A DNA stretch of 64,000 nt, from positions 252,340,001 to 252,404,000 of the forward strand of contig OZ024740.1 in the NCBI GenBank assembly GCA_964016885.1. Reading direction: 5' to 3'. Below are positions 33,871 to 53,200 of this stretch, piece by piece. The DNA comes from Eledone cirrhosa (taxonomy: Eukaryota). The stretch's first letter is position 1, and every line of letters begins with the position of its first letter. The position numbers and the translations under genes are program-made. The notes below the pieces were generated by a model. It was not told where the DNA came from. It made no database searches and was given only the letters and a program-made list of their open reading frames with translations.

Positions 33871-36800
33871 ATAATCACCAACGCTACCAACACCACCAAC
33901 ACCACTCACACCACCAACACCACCAACACCACCAACACCACTCACACCACCAACACCACCAACACCGCTCACACCACCAACACCACTCAAACCACCAACA
34001 CCGCTCACACCACCAACACTACCAACACCACTCACAGCACCAATACCACCACCAACACCACCAACACTACCAACACCACCAACACCGCTCACACCACTCA
34101 CACCACTCACACCACCAACACTACCAACACCACCAAATCCACTCACATCACCAACACTACCAACACCACCAACACCACCAACACTACCAACACCACCAAC
34201 ACCACTCACACCACCAACACCACTCACACCACCAACACTACCAACACCACCAACACCACCAACACTACCAACACCACCAACACCCCTCACACCACCAACA
34301 CCACTCACACCACCAACACTACCAACACCACCAACACCACTCACACCACTCACACCACCAACACTACCAACACCACCAAATCCACTCACATCACCAACAC
34401 TACCAACACCACTCACACCACCAACACTACCAACACCACCAAATCCACTCACACCACCAACACCACCAACAACACTCACACCACCAACACCACCAACACT
34501 ACCAACACCACTCACACCACCAACACTACCAACACCACCAACACCACTCACACCACCAACACCACCAACACTACCAACACCACTCACACCACCAACACTA
34601 CAACACCACCAACACCACCAACACCACCAACACTACCAACACCACTAACACCGCTCACACCACCAAAACCGCTCACACCACCAACACCACTCACACCACC
34701 AACACCGCTCACACCACCAACACTACAACACCACCAACACCACCAACACCACCAACACTACCAACACCAGCAACACCACTCACACCACCAACACCGCTCA
34801 CACCACCAACACTACCAACACCACCAACACCACCAACACTACCAACACCACCAACACCACTCACACCACCAACACAACCAACACCACCAACACCACTCAC
34901 ACCACCAACACTACCAACACCACCAACACCGCTCACACCACCAACACTACCAACACCACCAACACCACTCACACCTCAAACACTACCAACACCACCAACA
35001 CCACTCACACCACCAACACTACCAACACCACCAACACCACTCACACCACACACACCACCAACTCTACCAACACCACCAACACCGCTCACACCACCAACAC
35101 TACCAACACCACCAACACTAACAACACCACCAACACCACTCACACCACCAACACCACCAACACCCCTCTCACCACCAACACCGCTCACACCACCAACACC
35201 ACTCACACCACCAACACCACTCACACCACTCACACCACCAACACTACCAACACCACCAACAGCACTCACACCACCAACACTACCAACACCACCAACACCA
35301 CTCACACCACCAACACCGCCAACACTACCAACACCACCAACACCACTCACACCACCAACACCACTCACACCACTCACACCACCAACACTACCAACACCAC
35401 CAACACCACTCACACCACCAACACTACCAACACTACCAACACCACCAACACTACCAACACCACCAACACCACTCACACCACCAACACCGTTCACACCACC
35501 AACAATACCAACACCACCAACACCACCAACACCACTCACACCACCAACACTACCAACACCACCAACACCGCTCACACCACCAACACCGCTCACACCACCA
35601 ACACTACCAACACCACCAACACCGCTCACACCACCAACACCACTCACACCACCAACACTACCAACACCACCAACACCACTCACACCACCAACACTACCAA
35701 CACCACCAACACCACTCACACCACCAACACCACCAACACCACTCACACCACCAACACTACAAAACCACCAACACCACCAACACCACCAACACCGCTCACC
35801 CCACCAACACTACCAACACCACCAACACCACTCACACCACTCACCCCACCAACACTACCAACACCACCAACACCACTCACACCACTCACACCACCAACAC
35901 TACCAACACCGCTCACACCACCAATACTACCAACACCACCAACACCACCAACACCACCAACACCGCTCACCCCACCAACACTACCAACACCACCAACACC
36001 ACTCACACCACTCACACCACCAACACTACCAACACCGCTCACACCACCAACACTACCAACACCACCAACACTACCAACACTACCAACACTACCAACACCA
36101 CTCACACCACCAACACTACCAACACCACCAACACCACTCACATCACCAACGCTACCAACACCACCAACACCACTCACACCACCAACACCGCCAACACTAC
36201 CAACACCACCAACACCACTCACACCACTCACACCACCAACACTACCAACACCGCTCACACCAACAACACTACCAACACCACTCACACCACCAACACTACC
36301 AACACTACCAACACCGCTCACACCACCAACACTACCAACACCACCAACACCGCCAACACTACCAACACCACTCACACCACCAACACTACCAACACCACCA
36401 ACACCGCTCACACCACCAACACTACCAACACCACCAACACCACCAACACCGATCACACCACCAACACTACCAACACCACCAACACCACTCACACCACTCA
36501 CACTACCAACACTACCAACACCACCAACACCCCTCAACCCACCAACACCGCTCACACCACCAACACCACCAACACTACCAACACCACCAACACTACCAAC
36601 ACTACCAACACCACCAAAACCGCTCTCACCACCAACACTACCAACACGACCAACACTACCAACACCACCAACACAACTCACACCACCAACACTACCAACA
36701 CCACCAACACCACTCACACCACCAACACCCCTCTCACCACCAACACCGCTCACACCACCAACACCACCAACACCACCAACACCACTCACACCACCAACAC

Positions 36801-39800
36801 CACCAACACTACCAACACCACCAACACCACTCACACCACCAACACTACCAACACCACCAACACCACTCACACCACAAACACCGCTCACACCACCAACACT
36901 ACCAACACCACCAACACCACCCACACTACCAACACCACCAACACCACTCACACCACCAACACAACCAACACCACCAACACCACTCACACCACCAACACTA
37001 CCAACACCACCAACACCACTCACACCACCAACACTACCAACACCACCAACTCCACTCACACCACCAACACGACCAACACCACCAACACCACTCACACCAC
37101 CAACACTACCAACACCACCAACATCACTCACACCACTTACACCACCAACAGTACCAACACCACCAACACTACTCACACCACTCACACCACTCACACCACT
37201 CACACCACCAACACCACCAACACCACCAACACTACCAACACCACCAACACCACCAACACTACCAACACTACCAACACCACCAAAATCGCTCACACCACCA
37301 ACACCACCAACACTACCAACACCACCAACACCGCTCACACTACCAACACCACCAACACTACCAACACCACTCACACTACCAACACTACCAACACCACCAA
37401 CACCACTCACACCACCAACACTACCAACACCACCAACACCGCTCACACCACCAAAACCGCTCACACCACCAACACCACCAACACTACCAACACCACCAAC
37501 ACCGCTCACACTACCAACACCACCACCACTACCAACACCACCAACACCACCAACACTACCAACACCACCAACACCACTCACACCACCAACACTACCAACA
37601 CCACCAACACCACTCACACCACCAACACTACCAACACCACCAACACCACTCACACCACCAACACTACTAACACCACCAACACCACTCACACTACCAACAC
37701 TACCAACACCACCAACACCGCTCACACCACCAAAACCGCTCACACCACCAACACCCCTCTCAACACCAACACGGCTCACACCACCAACACTACCAACACC
37801 ACCAACACCACTCACACCACTCACACCACCAACACTACCAACACCACCAACACCACTCACACCACCAACACCACCAACACCCCTCTCACCACCAACACCG
37901 CTCACACCACCAACACTACCAACACCACCAACACCACTCACACCACTCACACCTCCAACACTACCAACACCACCAACACCACTCACGCCACCAACACCAC
38001 CAACACCCCTCTCACCACCAACACCGCTCACACCACCAACACCACTCACACCACTCACACCACCAACACTACCAACACCACCAACACCACTCACACCACC
38101 AAAACTACCAACACCACCAACACCACTCACACCACTCACACCACCAACACTACCAACACCACCAACACCACCAACACTACCACCACCACTTACACCACCA
38201 ACACTACCAACACCACCAACACCACTCACACCACCAACACTACCAACACCACCAACACCACTCACACCACTCACACCATCAACACTACCAACACCACCAA
38301 CACCACCAACACAACCACCACCGCTCACACCACCAACACCACTCACACCACCACACCCCTCTCACCACCAACACCGCTCACACCACCAACACTACCAACA
38401 CCATCAACACCACTCACACCACCAACACCCCTCTCACCACCAACACCGCTCACAACACCAACACCACCAACACCACTCACACCACCAACACTACCAACAC
38501 CACCAAATCCACTCACATCACCAACACTACCAACACCACTCACACCACCAACACTACCAACTCCACCAAATCCACTCACACCACCAACACCACCAACACC
38601 ACCAACACCACCAACACCACCAACACTACCAACACCACTCACACCACCAACACTACCAACACCACTCACACCACCAACACCACCAACACTACCAACACCA
38701 CTCACACCACCAACACTACAACACCACCAACACCACCAACACCACCAACACCACCAACACCACTCACACCACCAACACAACCAACACCACCAACACCACT
38801 CACACCACCAACACTACCAACACCACTAACACCGCTCACACCACCAACACCGCTCACACCACCAACACTACCAACACCACCAACACCACCAACACTACCA
38901 ACACCACCAACACCACTCACACCACCAACACAACCAACACCACCAACACCACTCACACCACCAACACTACCAACACCACCAACACCGCTCACACCACCAA
39001 CACTACCAACACCACCAACACCACTCACACCACCAACACTACCAACACCACCAACACCACTCACACCACCAACACTACCAACACCACCAACACCACTCAC
39101 ATCACCAACGCTACCAACACCACCAACACCACTCACACCACCAACACCACCAACACCACCAACACCACTCACACCACCAACACCACCAACACCGCTCACA
39201 CCACCAACACCACTCAAACCACCAACACCGCTCACACCTCCAACACTACCAACACCACCAACACCACCAACACCACTCACACCACCAACACCACCAACAC
39301 CACACGCAACACCAACACTACCAACACCACCAACACCGCTCACACCACCAACACTACCAACACCACCAACACCACTCACACCACTCACACCACCAACACT
39401 ACCAACACCACTCACACCACCAACACTACCAACACCACCAACACCACTCACACCACCAACACCGCTCACACCACCAACACTACCAACACCACTCACACCA
39501 CCAATACCACCACCAACACCACCAACACTACCAACACCACCAACACCGCTCACACCACTCACACCACTCACACCACCAACACTACCAACACCACCAAATC
39601 CACTCACATCACCAACACTACCAACACCACCAACACCACCAACACTACCAACACCACCAACACCACTCAAACCACCAACACCACTCACACCACCAACACT
39701 ACCAACACCACCAACACCACCAACACTACCAACACCACCAACACCCCTCACACCACCAACACCACTCACATCACCAACACTACCAACACCACCAACACCA

Positions 39801-41099
39801 CTCACACCACTCACACCACCAACACTACCAACACCACCAAATCCACTCACATCACCAACACTACCAACACCACTCACACCACCAACACTACCAACTCCAC
39901 CAAATCCACTCACACCACCAACACCACCAACAACACTCACACCACCAACACCACCAACACTACCAACACCACTCACACCACCAACACTACCAACACCACC
40001 AACACCACTCACACCACCAACACCACCAACACTACCAACACCACTCACACCACCAACACTACAACACCACCAACACCACCAACACTACCAACACCACTAA
40101 CACCGTTCACACCACCAAAACCGCTCACACCACCAACACTACCAACACCAGCAACACCACTCACACCACCAACACCGCTCACACCACCAACACTACCAAC
40201 ACCACCAACACCACCAACACTACCAACACCACCAACACCACTCACACCACCAACACTACCAACACCACCAACACCGCTCACACCACCAACACTACCAACA
40301 CCACCAACACCACTCACACCACCAACACTACCAACACCACCAACACCACTCACACCACCAACACTACCAACACCACCAACAACACTCACATCACCAACGC
40401 TACCAACACCACCAACACCACTCACACCACCAACACCACCAACACCACCAACACCACTCACACCACCAACACCACTCAAACCACCAACACCGCTCACACC
40501 TCCAACACCACCAACACCACTCACACCACCAACACCACCAACACCACCAACACCACTCACACCACTCACACCACCAACACTACCAACACCACTCACACCA
40601 CCAACACCACCAACACCACTCACACCACACACACCACCAACTCTACCAACACTACCAACACCACCAACACTACCAACACTACCAACACCACCAAAACAGC
40701 TCTCACCACCAACACTACCAACACGACCAACACTACCAACACCACCAACACCACTCACACCACCAACACTACCAACACCACCAACACCACTCACACCACG
40801 AACACTACCAACACCACCAACACCACTCACACCAACAACACTACCAACACCACCAACACCACTCACACCACCAACACTACCAACACCACCAACACCACTC
40901 ACACCACTCACACCACCAACACTACCAACACCACCAACACAACCAACACCACCACCACCACTCACACCACCAACACCACCAACACTACCAACACCACCAA
41001 CACCACCAACACTACCACCACCGCTCACACAACCAACACCACCAACACCACCAACACCACCAACACCACTCACACCACCAACACTACCAACACCACCAA

Positions 41100-44000
41100 C
41101 ACCACTCACACCACTCACACCACCAACACTACCAACACCACCAAATCCACTCACATCACCAACACTACCAACACAACTCACACCACCAACACTACCAACA
41201 CCACCAAATCCACTCACACCACCAACACCACCAACAACACTCACACCACCAACACCACCAACACTACCAACACCACTCACACCACCAACACTACCAACAC
41301 CACCAACACCACTCACACCACCAACACCACCAACACCATCAACACCACTCACACCACCAACACCCCTCTCACCACCAACACCGCTCACACCACCAAAACT
41401 ACCAACACCATCAACACCACTCACACCACCAACACCCCTCTCACCACCAACACCGCTCACACCACCAACACCACCAACACCATCAACACTACCACCACCA
41501 CTCACACCACCAACACTACCAACACCATCAACACCACTCACACCACCAACACCCCTCTCACCACCAACACCGCTGACACCACCAGCACCACCAACACCAC
41601 CAACACCACCAACACCCCTCTCACCACCACCACCGCTCAAACCACCAACACTACCAACACCATCAACACCACTCACACCACCAACACCCTTCTCACCACC
41701 AACACCGCTCACACCAACAACACCACCAACACCACCAACACCACTCACACCACCAACACCACCAACACTACCAACACCACCAACACGACTCACACCACCA
41801 ACACAAGCAACACTACCAACACCACTCACACCACCAACACTACCAACACCACCAACACCACTCACACCACCAACACCGCTCACACCACCAACACTACCAA
41901 CACCACCAACACCACCAACACTACCAACACCACCAACACCACTCACACCACCAACACAACCAACACCACCAACACCACTCACACCACCAACACTACCAAC
42001 ACCACCAACACCACTCACACCACCAACACTACCAACACCACTAACACCACTCACACCACCAACACTACCAACACCACCAACACCACTTACACCACCAACA
42101 CTACCAACACCACCAACACCACTCACATCACCAACGCTACCAACACCACCAACACCACTCACACCACCAACACCACCAACACCACCAACACCACTCACAC
42201 CACCAACACCACCAACACCTCTCACACCACCAACACCACTCAAACCACCAACACCGCTCACACCTCCAACACTACCAACACCACCAACACCACCAACACC
42301 ACTCACACCACCAACACCATCAACACCACTCACACCACCAACACTACCAACACCACCAACCCCGCTCAAACCACCAACACTACCAACACTACCAACACCA
42401 CTCGCACCACCAACACTACCAACACCACTCACACCACCAACGCTACCAACACCACCAACAACATTTACACCACCAACACCGCTCACACCACCAACACTAC
42501 CAACACCACTCACACCACTCACACCACCAACACTACCAACACCACCAAATCCACTCACATCACCAACACTACCAACACCACCAACACCACTTACACCACT
42601 CACACCACCAACACCACCAACACCACCAACACCACTCACACCACCAACACTACCAACACCACCAACACCACTCACACCACAAACACCGCTCACACCACAA
42701 ACACTACCAACACCACCAACACCACCAACACTACCAACACCACCAACACCACTCACACCACCAACACCAACAACACCACCAACACCACCAACACTACCAA
42801 CACCACCAACACCACTCACACCACCAACACCACTCACACCACCAACATTACCAACACCACCAACACCACTCACACCACTCACACCACCAACACCACCAAC
42901 ACCACCAACACCACTCACACCACCAACACTACCAATACCACCAACACCACCAACACTACCAACACCACCACCACCCCTCACACCACCAACACCGCTCACA
43001 CCACCAACACTACCAACACCACCAACACCACTCACACCACTCACACCACCAACAGTACCAACACCACCAAATCCACTCACACCACCAACACCACCAACAC
43101 CACCAACACCACCAACACCACCAACACTACCAACACCACCAACACCACCAACACCACTCACACCACTCACACCACCAACACCACCAACACCACCAACACC
43201 ACTCACACCACCAACACTACCAATACCACCAACACCACCAACACTACCAACACCACCAACACCGCTCACACCACCAACACTACCAACACCACCAAATCCA
43301 CTCACACCACCAACACCACCAACACCACTCACACCACCAACACTACCAACACCACCAAATCCACTCACACCACCAACACCACCAACACCACCAACACCAC
43401 CAACACCACCAACACTACCAACACCACCAACACCACCAACACCACTCACACCACTCACACCACCAACACCACCAACACCACCAACACCACTCACACCACC
43501 AACACTACCAATACCACCAACACCACCAACACTACCAACACCACCAACACCGCTCACACCACCAACACTACCAACACCACCAAATCCACTCACACCACCA
43601 ACACCACCAACACCACTCACACCACCAACACTACCAACACCACCAACACCACTCACACCACCAACACCGCTCACACCACCAACACTACCAACACCACCAA
43701 CACCACCAACACTACCAACACCACCAACACCACTCAGACCACCAACACCGCTCAGACCACCAACAGTACCAACACCACCAACACCACCAACACTACCAAC
43801 ACCACCAACACCACTCACACCACCAACACCGCTCACACCACCAACACTACCAACACCACCAACACCACCAACACTACCAACACCACCAACACCACTCACA
43901 CCACCAACACCGCTCAGACCACCAACACTACTCACACCACCAACACTACTCACACCACCAACACCACCAACACCACCAGCACCACCAACACCACCAACAC

Positions 44001-44250
44001 CACCAACACCACTCACACCACCAACACAACCAACACTACCAACACCTTCACATCACCAACGCTACCAACACCACCAACACCACTCACACCACCAACACCA
44101 CTCACACCACCAACACCACTCACACCACCAACACTACTCACACCACCAACACAACCAACACCACCAACACCACCAACACTACCAACACCACCAACACCAC
44201 TCACACCACCAACACCACTCACACCACCAACACTACTCACACCACCAACA
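41100..44250. repeat. ~3-kb block duplicated at ~47750-50700 (offset 6675), with a partial third copy from ~51850
   Basis: CACCCTTCT T at 41690/48365 and CAACATTTA T at 42464/49139 (both offset 6675). CCCCGCTCAAACC at ~42360, 49035 and 52486. CACCTCTCA at ~42216, 48891 and 52342. Confidence 0.88.
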
Positions 44251-47200
44251 CCACTCACACCACCACACAACCAAAACTACCAACACCACCAACACTACCA
44301 ACACCACCAACACCACTCACACCACCAACACCACTCACACCACCAACACTACTCACACCACCAACACCACTCACACCACCAACACTACTCACACCACCAA
44401 CACCACTCACACCACAAACAGTACTCACACCACCAACACAACCAACACCACCAACACCACCAACACTACCAACACCATCAACACCACTCACACCACCAAC
44501 ACCACTCACACCACCAACACTACTCACACCACCAACACCACCAACACTAACAACACCACCAACACCACTCACACCACCAACACCGCTCAGACCACCAACA
44601 CTACCAACACCACCAACACTACCAACACCACCAACACCACTCACACCACCAACACCACTCACACCACCAACACCGCTCACACCACCAACACTACCAACAC
44701 CATCAACACCACTCACATCACCAACGCTACCAACACCACCAACACCACCAACACTACCAACACCACCAACACCACTCACACCACCAACACCGCTCAGACC
44801 ACCAACACTACCAACACCACCAACACTACCAACACCACCAACACCACTCACACCACCAACACCACTCACACCACCAACACCGCTCACACCACCAACACTA
44901 CCAACACCACCAACACCACTCACACCACCAACACCGCTCACATCACCAACACTACCAACACCACCAACACCACCAACACTACCAACACCACCAACACCAC
45001 TCACACCACCAACACCGCTCAGACCACCAACACTACCAACACCACCAACACCACCAACACTACCAACACCACCAACACCACTCACACCACCAACACCGCT
45101 CACACCACCAACACTACCAACACCACCAACACCACCAACACTACCAACACCACCAACACCACTCACACCACCAACACCGCTCAGACCACCAACACTACTC
45201 ACACCACCAACACTACTCACACCACCAACACCACCAACACTACCAACACCACCAACACCACCAACACCACCAACACCACTCACACCACCAACACAACCAA
45301 CACTACCAACACCACTCACATCACCAACGCTACCAACACCACCAACACCACTCACACCACCAACACCACTCACACCACCAACACCACTCACACCACCAAC
45401 ACTACTCACACCACCAACACAACCAACACCACCAACACCACCAACACTACCAACACCACCAACACCACTCACACCACCAACACCACTCACACCACCAACA
45501 CTACTCACACCACCAACACCACTCACACCACCAACACAACCAACACCACCAACACCACCAACACTACCAACACCACCAACACCACTCACACCACCAACAC
45601 CACTCACACCACCAACACTACTCACACCACCAACACCACTCACACCACCAACACTACTCACACCACCAACACCACTCACACCACCAACAGTACTCACACC
45701 ACCAACACAACCAACACCACCAACACCACCAACACTACCAACACCATCAACACCACTCACACCACCAACACCACTCACACCACCAACACTACTCACACCA
45801 CCAACACCACCAACACTACCAACACCACCAACACCACTCACACCACCAACACCGCTCAGACCACCAACACTACCAACACCACCAACACTACCAACACCAC
45901 CAACACCACTCACACCACCAACACCACTCACACCACCAACACCGCTCACACCACCAACACTACCAACACCATCAACACCACTCACATCACCAACGCTACC
46001 AACACCACCAACACCACTCACACCACCAACAACACCAACACCACCAACACCACTCACACCACCAACACCACCAACACCGCTCACACCACCAACACCACTC
46101 ACACCACCAACACCACTCACACCACCAACACTACCAACACCACCAACACCACCAACACTACCAACACCACCAACACCCCTCACACCACCAACACCGCTCA
46201 CACCACCAACACTACCAACACCACCAACACCCCTCACACCACCAACACCGCTCACACCACCAACACTACCAACACCACCAACACCAGTCACACCACTCAC
46301 ACCACCAACACTACCAACACCACCAAATCCACTCACACCACCAACACTACCAACACCACCAACACCACCAACACTACCAACACCACCAACACCCCTCACA
46401 CCACCAACACCGCTCACACCACCAACACTACCAACACCACCAACACCACTCACACCACTCACACCACCAACACTACCAACACCACCAACACCACCAACAC
46501 CACCAACACTACCAACACCACCAACACCACTCACACCACCAACACTACCAACACCACCAACACCGCTCACACCACCAACACTACCAACACCGCCAACACC
46601 ACTCACACCACTCACACCACCAACACTACCAACACCACCAAATCCACTCCACTCACACCAACAACACCACCAACACCACCAACACCACCAACACTACCAA
46701 CACCACCAACACCACTCACACGACCAACACTACCAACACCACCAACACCGCTCACACCACCAACACTACCAACACCGCCAACACCACTCACACTACCAAC
46801 CCCACTCACACCACCAACACTACCAAGACCACCAACACCGCTCACACCACCAACACCGCTCACACCACCAACACTACCAACACCACCAACACCACTCACA
46901 CCACCAACACTACCAACACCATCAACACCACTCACACCACTCACACCACCAACACTGCACCCACCATCAACACCACTCACACCACTCACACCACTCACAC
47001 CACCAACACTGCACCCACCACCAACACCACTCACACCACTCACACCACCAACACTGCACCCACCATCAACACCACTCACACCACCAACACTACCAACACC
47101 ACCAACACCACTCACACCACCAACACCACCAACACCACCAACACCACCAACACCACCAACACCACCAACACCACCAGCACCACTCACACCACCAACACTA

Positions 47201-50200
47201 CCAACACCACCAACACCACTCACACCACCAACACCACCAACACCACCAACACCACCAACACCACCATCACCACCAACACCACTCACACCACCAACACCAC
47301 CAACACTACCAACACCACCAACACCACCAACACCACTCACACCACCAACACTACCAACACCACCAACACCGCTCACACCACCAACACTACCAACACCACC
47401 AACACCACTCACACCACCAACACCGCTCACACAACCAACACTACCAACACCACTCACACCATCAACACCACCACCAACACCACCAACACTACCAACACCA
47501 CCAACACCGCTCACACCACTCACACCACTCACACCACCAACACTACCAACACCACCAAATCCACTCACATCACCAACACTACCAACACCACCAACACCAC
47601 CAACACTACCAACACCACCAACACCACTCACACCACCAACACCACTCACACCACCAACACTACCAACACCACCAACACCACCAACACTACCAACACCACC
47701 AACACCCCTCACACCACCAACACCACTCACACCACCAACACTACCAACACCACCAACACCACTCACACCACTCACACCACCAACACTACCAACACCACCA
47801 AATCCACTCACATCACCAACACTACCAACACCACTCACACCACCAACACTACCAACACCACCAAATCCACTCACACCACCAACACCACCAACAACACTCA
47901 CACCACCAACACCACCAACACTACCAACACCACTCACACCACCAACACTACCAACACCACCAACACCACTCACACCACCAACACCACCAACACCATCAAC
48001 ACCACTCACACCACCAACACCCCTCTCAACACCAACACCGCTCACACCACCAACACTACCAACACCATCAACACCACTCACACCACCAACACCCCTCTCA
48101 CCACCAACACCGCTCACACCACCAACACCACCAACACCATCAACACTACCACCACCACTCACACCACCAACACTACCAACACCATCAACACCACTCACAC
48201 CACCAACACCCCTCTCACCACCAACACCGCTGACACCACCAGCACCACCAACACCACCAACACCACCAACACCACTCACACCACCAACACCCCTCTCACC
48301 ACCACCACCGCTCAAACCACCAACACTACCAACACCATCAACACCACTCACACCACCAACACCCTTCTCACCACCAACACCGCTCACACCAACAACACCA
48401 CCAACACCACCAACACCACTCACACCACCAACACCACCAACACTACCAACACCACCAACACGACTCACACCACCAACACAACCAACACTACCAACACCAC
48501 TCACACCACCAACACTACCAACACCACCAACACCACTCACACCACCAACACCGCTCACACCACCAACACTACCAACACCACCAACACCACCAACACTACC
48601 AACACCACCAACACCACTCACACCACCAACACAACCAACACCACCAACACCACTCACACCACCAACACTACCAACACCACCAACACCACTCACACCACCA
48701 ACACTACCAACACCACTAACACCACTCACACCACCAACACTACCAACACCACCAACACCACTTACACCACCAACACTACCAACACCACCAACACCACTCA
48801 CATCACCAACGCTACCAACACCACCAACACCACTCACACCACCAACACCACCAACACCACCAACACCACTCACACCACCAACACCACCAACACCTCTCAC
48901 ACCACCAACACCACTCAAACCACCAACACCGCTCACACCTCCAACACTACCAACACCACCAACACCACCAACACCACTCACACCACCAACACCATCAACA
49001 CCACTCACACCACCAACACTACCAACACCACCAACCCCGCTCAAACCACCAACACTACCAACACTACCAACACCACTCGCACCACCAACACTACCAACAC
49101 CACTCACACCACCAACGCTACCAACACCACCAACAACATTTACACCACCAACACCGCTCACACCACCAACACTACCAACACCACTCACACCACTCACACC
49201 ACCAACACTACCAACACCACCAAATCCACTCACATCACCAACACTACCAACACCACCAACACCACTTACACCACTCACACCACCAACACCACCAACACCA
49301 CCAACACCACTCACACCATCAACACTACCAACACCACCAACACCACTCACACCACAAACACCGCTCACACCACAGACACTACCAACACCACCAACACCAC
49401 CAACACTACCAACACCACCAACACCACTCACACCACCAACACCACCAACACCACCAACACCACCAACACTACCAACACCACCAACACCACTCACACCACC
49501 AACACCACTCACACCACCAACATTACCAACACCACCAACACCACTCACACCACTCACACCACCAACACCACCAACACCACCAACACCACTCACACCACCA
49601 ACACTACCAATACCACCAACACCACCAACACTACCAACACCACCACCACCCCTCACACCACCAACACCGCTCACACCACCAACACTACCAACACCACCAA
49701 ATCCACTCACATCACCAAAACTACCAACACCACTCACACCACCAACACTACCAACACCACCAAATCCACTCACACCACCAACACCACCAACACCTCCAAC
49801 ACCACCAACACCACCAACACTACCAACACCACCAACACCACCAACACCACTCACACCACTCACACCACCAACACCACCAACACCACCAACACCACTCACA
49901 CCACCAACACTACCAATACCACCAACACCACCAACACTACCAACACCACCAACACCGCTCACACCACCAACACTACCAACACCACCAAATCCACTCACAC
50001 CACCAACACCACCAACACCACTCACACCACCAACACTACCAACACCACCAACACCACTCACACCACCAACACCGCTCACACCACCAACACTACCAACACC
50101 ACCAACACCACCAACACTACCAACACCACCAACACCACTCACACCACCAACACCGCTCAGACCACCAACACTACCAACACCACCAACACCACCAACACTA

Positions 50201-53200
50201 CCAACACCACCAACACCACTCACACCACCAACACCGCTCACACCACCAACACTACCAACACCACCAACACCACCAACACTACCAACACCACCAACACCAC
50301 TCACACCACCAACACCGCTCAGACCACCAACACTACTCACACCACCAACACTACTCACACCACCAACACCACCAACACCACCAACACCACCAACACCACC
50401 AACACCACCAACACCACTCACACCACCAACACAACCAACACTACCAACACCACTCACATCACCAACGCTACCAACACCACCAACACCACTCACACCACCA
50501 ACACCACTCACACCACCAACACCACTCACACCACCAACACTACTCACACCACCAACACAACCAACACCACCAACACCACCAACACTACCAACACCACCAA
50601 CACCACTCACACCACCAACACCACTCACACCACCAACACTACTCACACCACCAACACCACTCACACCACCAACACAACCAACACCACCAACACTACCAAC
50701 ACCACCAACACCACTCACACCACCAACACCACCAACACCGCTCACACCACCAACACCACTCACACCACCAACACCACTCACACCACCAACACTACCAACA
50801 CCACCAACACCACCAACACTACCAACACCAGCAACACCCCTCACACCACCAACACCGCTCACACCACCAACACTACCAACACCACCAACACCACTCACAC
50901 CACTCACACCACCAACACTACCAACACCACCAAATCCACTCACACCACCAACACTACCAACACCACCAACACCACCAACACTACCAACACCACCAACACC
51001 CCTCACACCACCAACACCGCTCACACCACCAACACTACCAACACCACCAACACCACTCACACCACTCACACCACCAACACTACCAACACCACCAAAACCA
51101 CCAACACCACCAACACCACCAACACTACCAACACCACCAACACCACTCACACCACCAACACTACCAACACCACCAACACCGCTCACACCACCAACACTAC
51201 CAGCACCGCCAACACCACTCACACCACTCACACCACCAACACTACCAACACCACCAAATCCACTCCACTCACACCAACAACACCACCAACACCACCAACA
51301 CCACCAACACTACCAACACCACCAACACCACTCACACGACCAACACTACCAACACCACCAACACCGCTCACACCACCAACACTACCAACACCGCCAACAC
51401 CACTCACACTACCAACCCCACTCACACCACCAACACTACCAAGACCACCAACACCGCTCACACCACCAACACCGCTCACACCAACAACACTACCAACACC
51501 ACCAACACCACTCACACCACCAACACTACCAACACCACAAACACCACTCACACCACCAACACTACCAACACCACCAACACCCCAACACCCCTCACACCAC
51601 CAACACCGCTCACACCACCAACTCTACCAACACCACCAACACCACTCACACCACTCACACCACCAACACCACCAACACCACCAACACCACCAACACTACC
51701 AACACCACCAACACCACTCACACCACCAACACTACCAACACCACTAACACCGCTCACACCACCAACACTACCAACACCACTCACACCACTCACACCACCA
51801 ACACTACCAACACCACCAAATCCACTCACATCACTCACACCACCAACACCCCTCTCACCACCAACACCGCTGACACCACCAGCACCACCAACACCACCAA
51901 CACCACCAACACCACTCACACCACCAACACCCCTCTCACCACCAACACCGCTCAAACCACCAACACTACCAACACCACTCACACCACCAACACTACCAAC
52001 ACCACCAACACCACTCACACCACCAACACCGCTCACACCACCAACACTACCAACACCACCAACACCACCAACACTACCAACACCACCAACACCACTCACA
52101 CCACCAACACAACCAACACCACCAACACCACTCACACCACCAACACTACCAACACCACCAACACCACTCACACCACCAACACTACCAACACCACTAACAC
52201 CACTCACACCACCAACACTACCAACACCACCAACACCACTTACACCACCAACACTACCAACACCACCAACACCACTCACATCACCAACGCTACCAACACC
52301 ACCAACACCACTCACATCACCAACACCACCAACACCACCAACACCTCTCACATCACCAACACCACTCAAACCACCAACACCGCTCACACCTCCAACACTA
52401 CCAACACCACCAACACCACCAACACCACTCACACCACCAACACCATCAACACCACTCACACCACCAACACTACCAACACCACCAACCCCGCTCAAACCAC
52501 CAACACTACCAACAACACCAACACCACTCACACCACTCACACCACCAACACAACCAACACCACTCACACCACCAACACTACCAACACCACTCACACCACC
52601 AACACTACCAACACCACCAACACCACTCACACCACCAACACCGCTCACACCACCAACACTACCAACACCACTCACACCACTCACACCACCAACAGTACCA
52701 ACACCACCAAATCCACTCACATCACCAACACTACCAACACCACCAACACCACTCACACCACTCACACCACCAACACCACCAACACCACCAACACCACTCA
52801 CACCACCAACACTACCAACACCACCAACACCACCAACACTACCAACACCACCACCGCCCCTCACACCACCAACACCGCTCATACCACCAACACTACCAAC
52901 ACCACCAACACCACTCACACCACTCACACCACCAACACTACCAACACCACCAAATCCACTCACATCACCAAAACTACTAACACCACTCACACCACCAACA
53001 CTACCAACACCACCAAATCCACTCACACCACCAACACCACCAACACCACCAACACCACCAACACTACCAACAACACCAACACCACCAACACCACTCACAC
53101 CACTCACACCACCAACACCACCAACACCACCAACACCACTCACACCACCAACACTACCAATACCACCAACACCACCAACACTACCAACACCACCAACACC

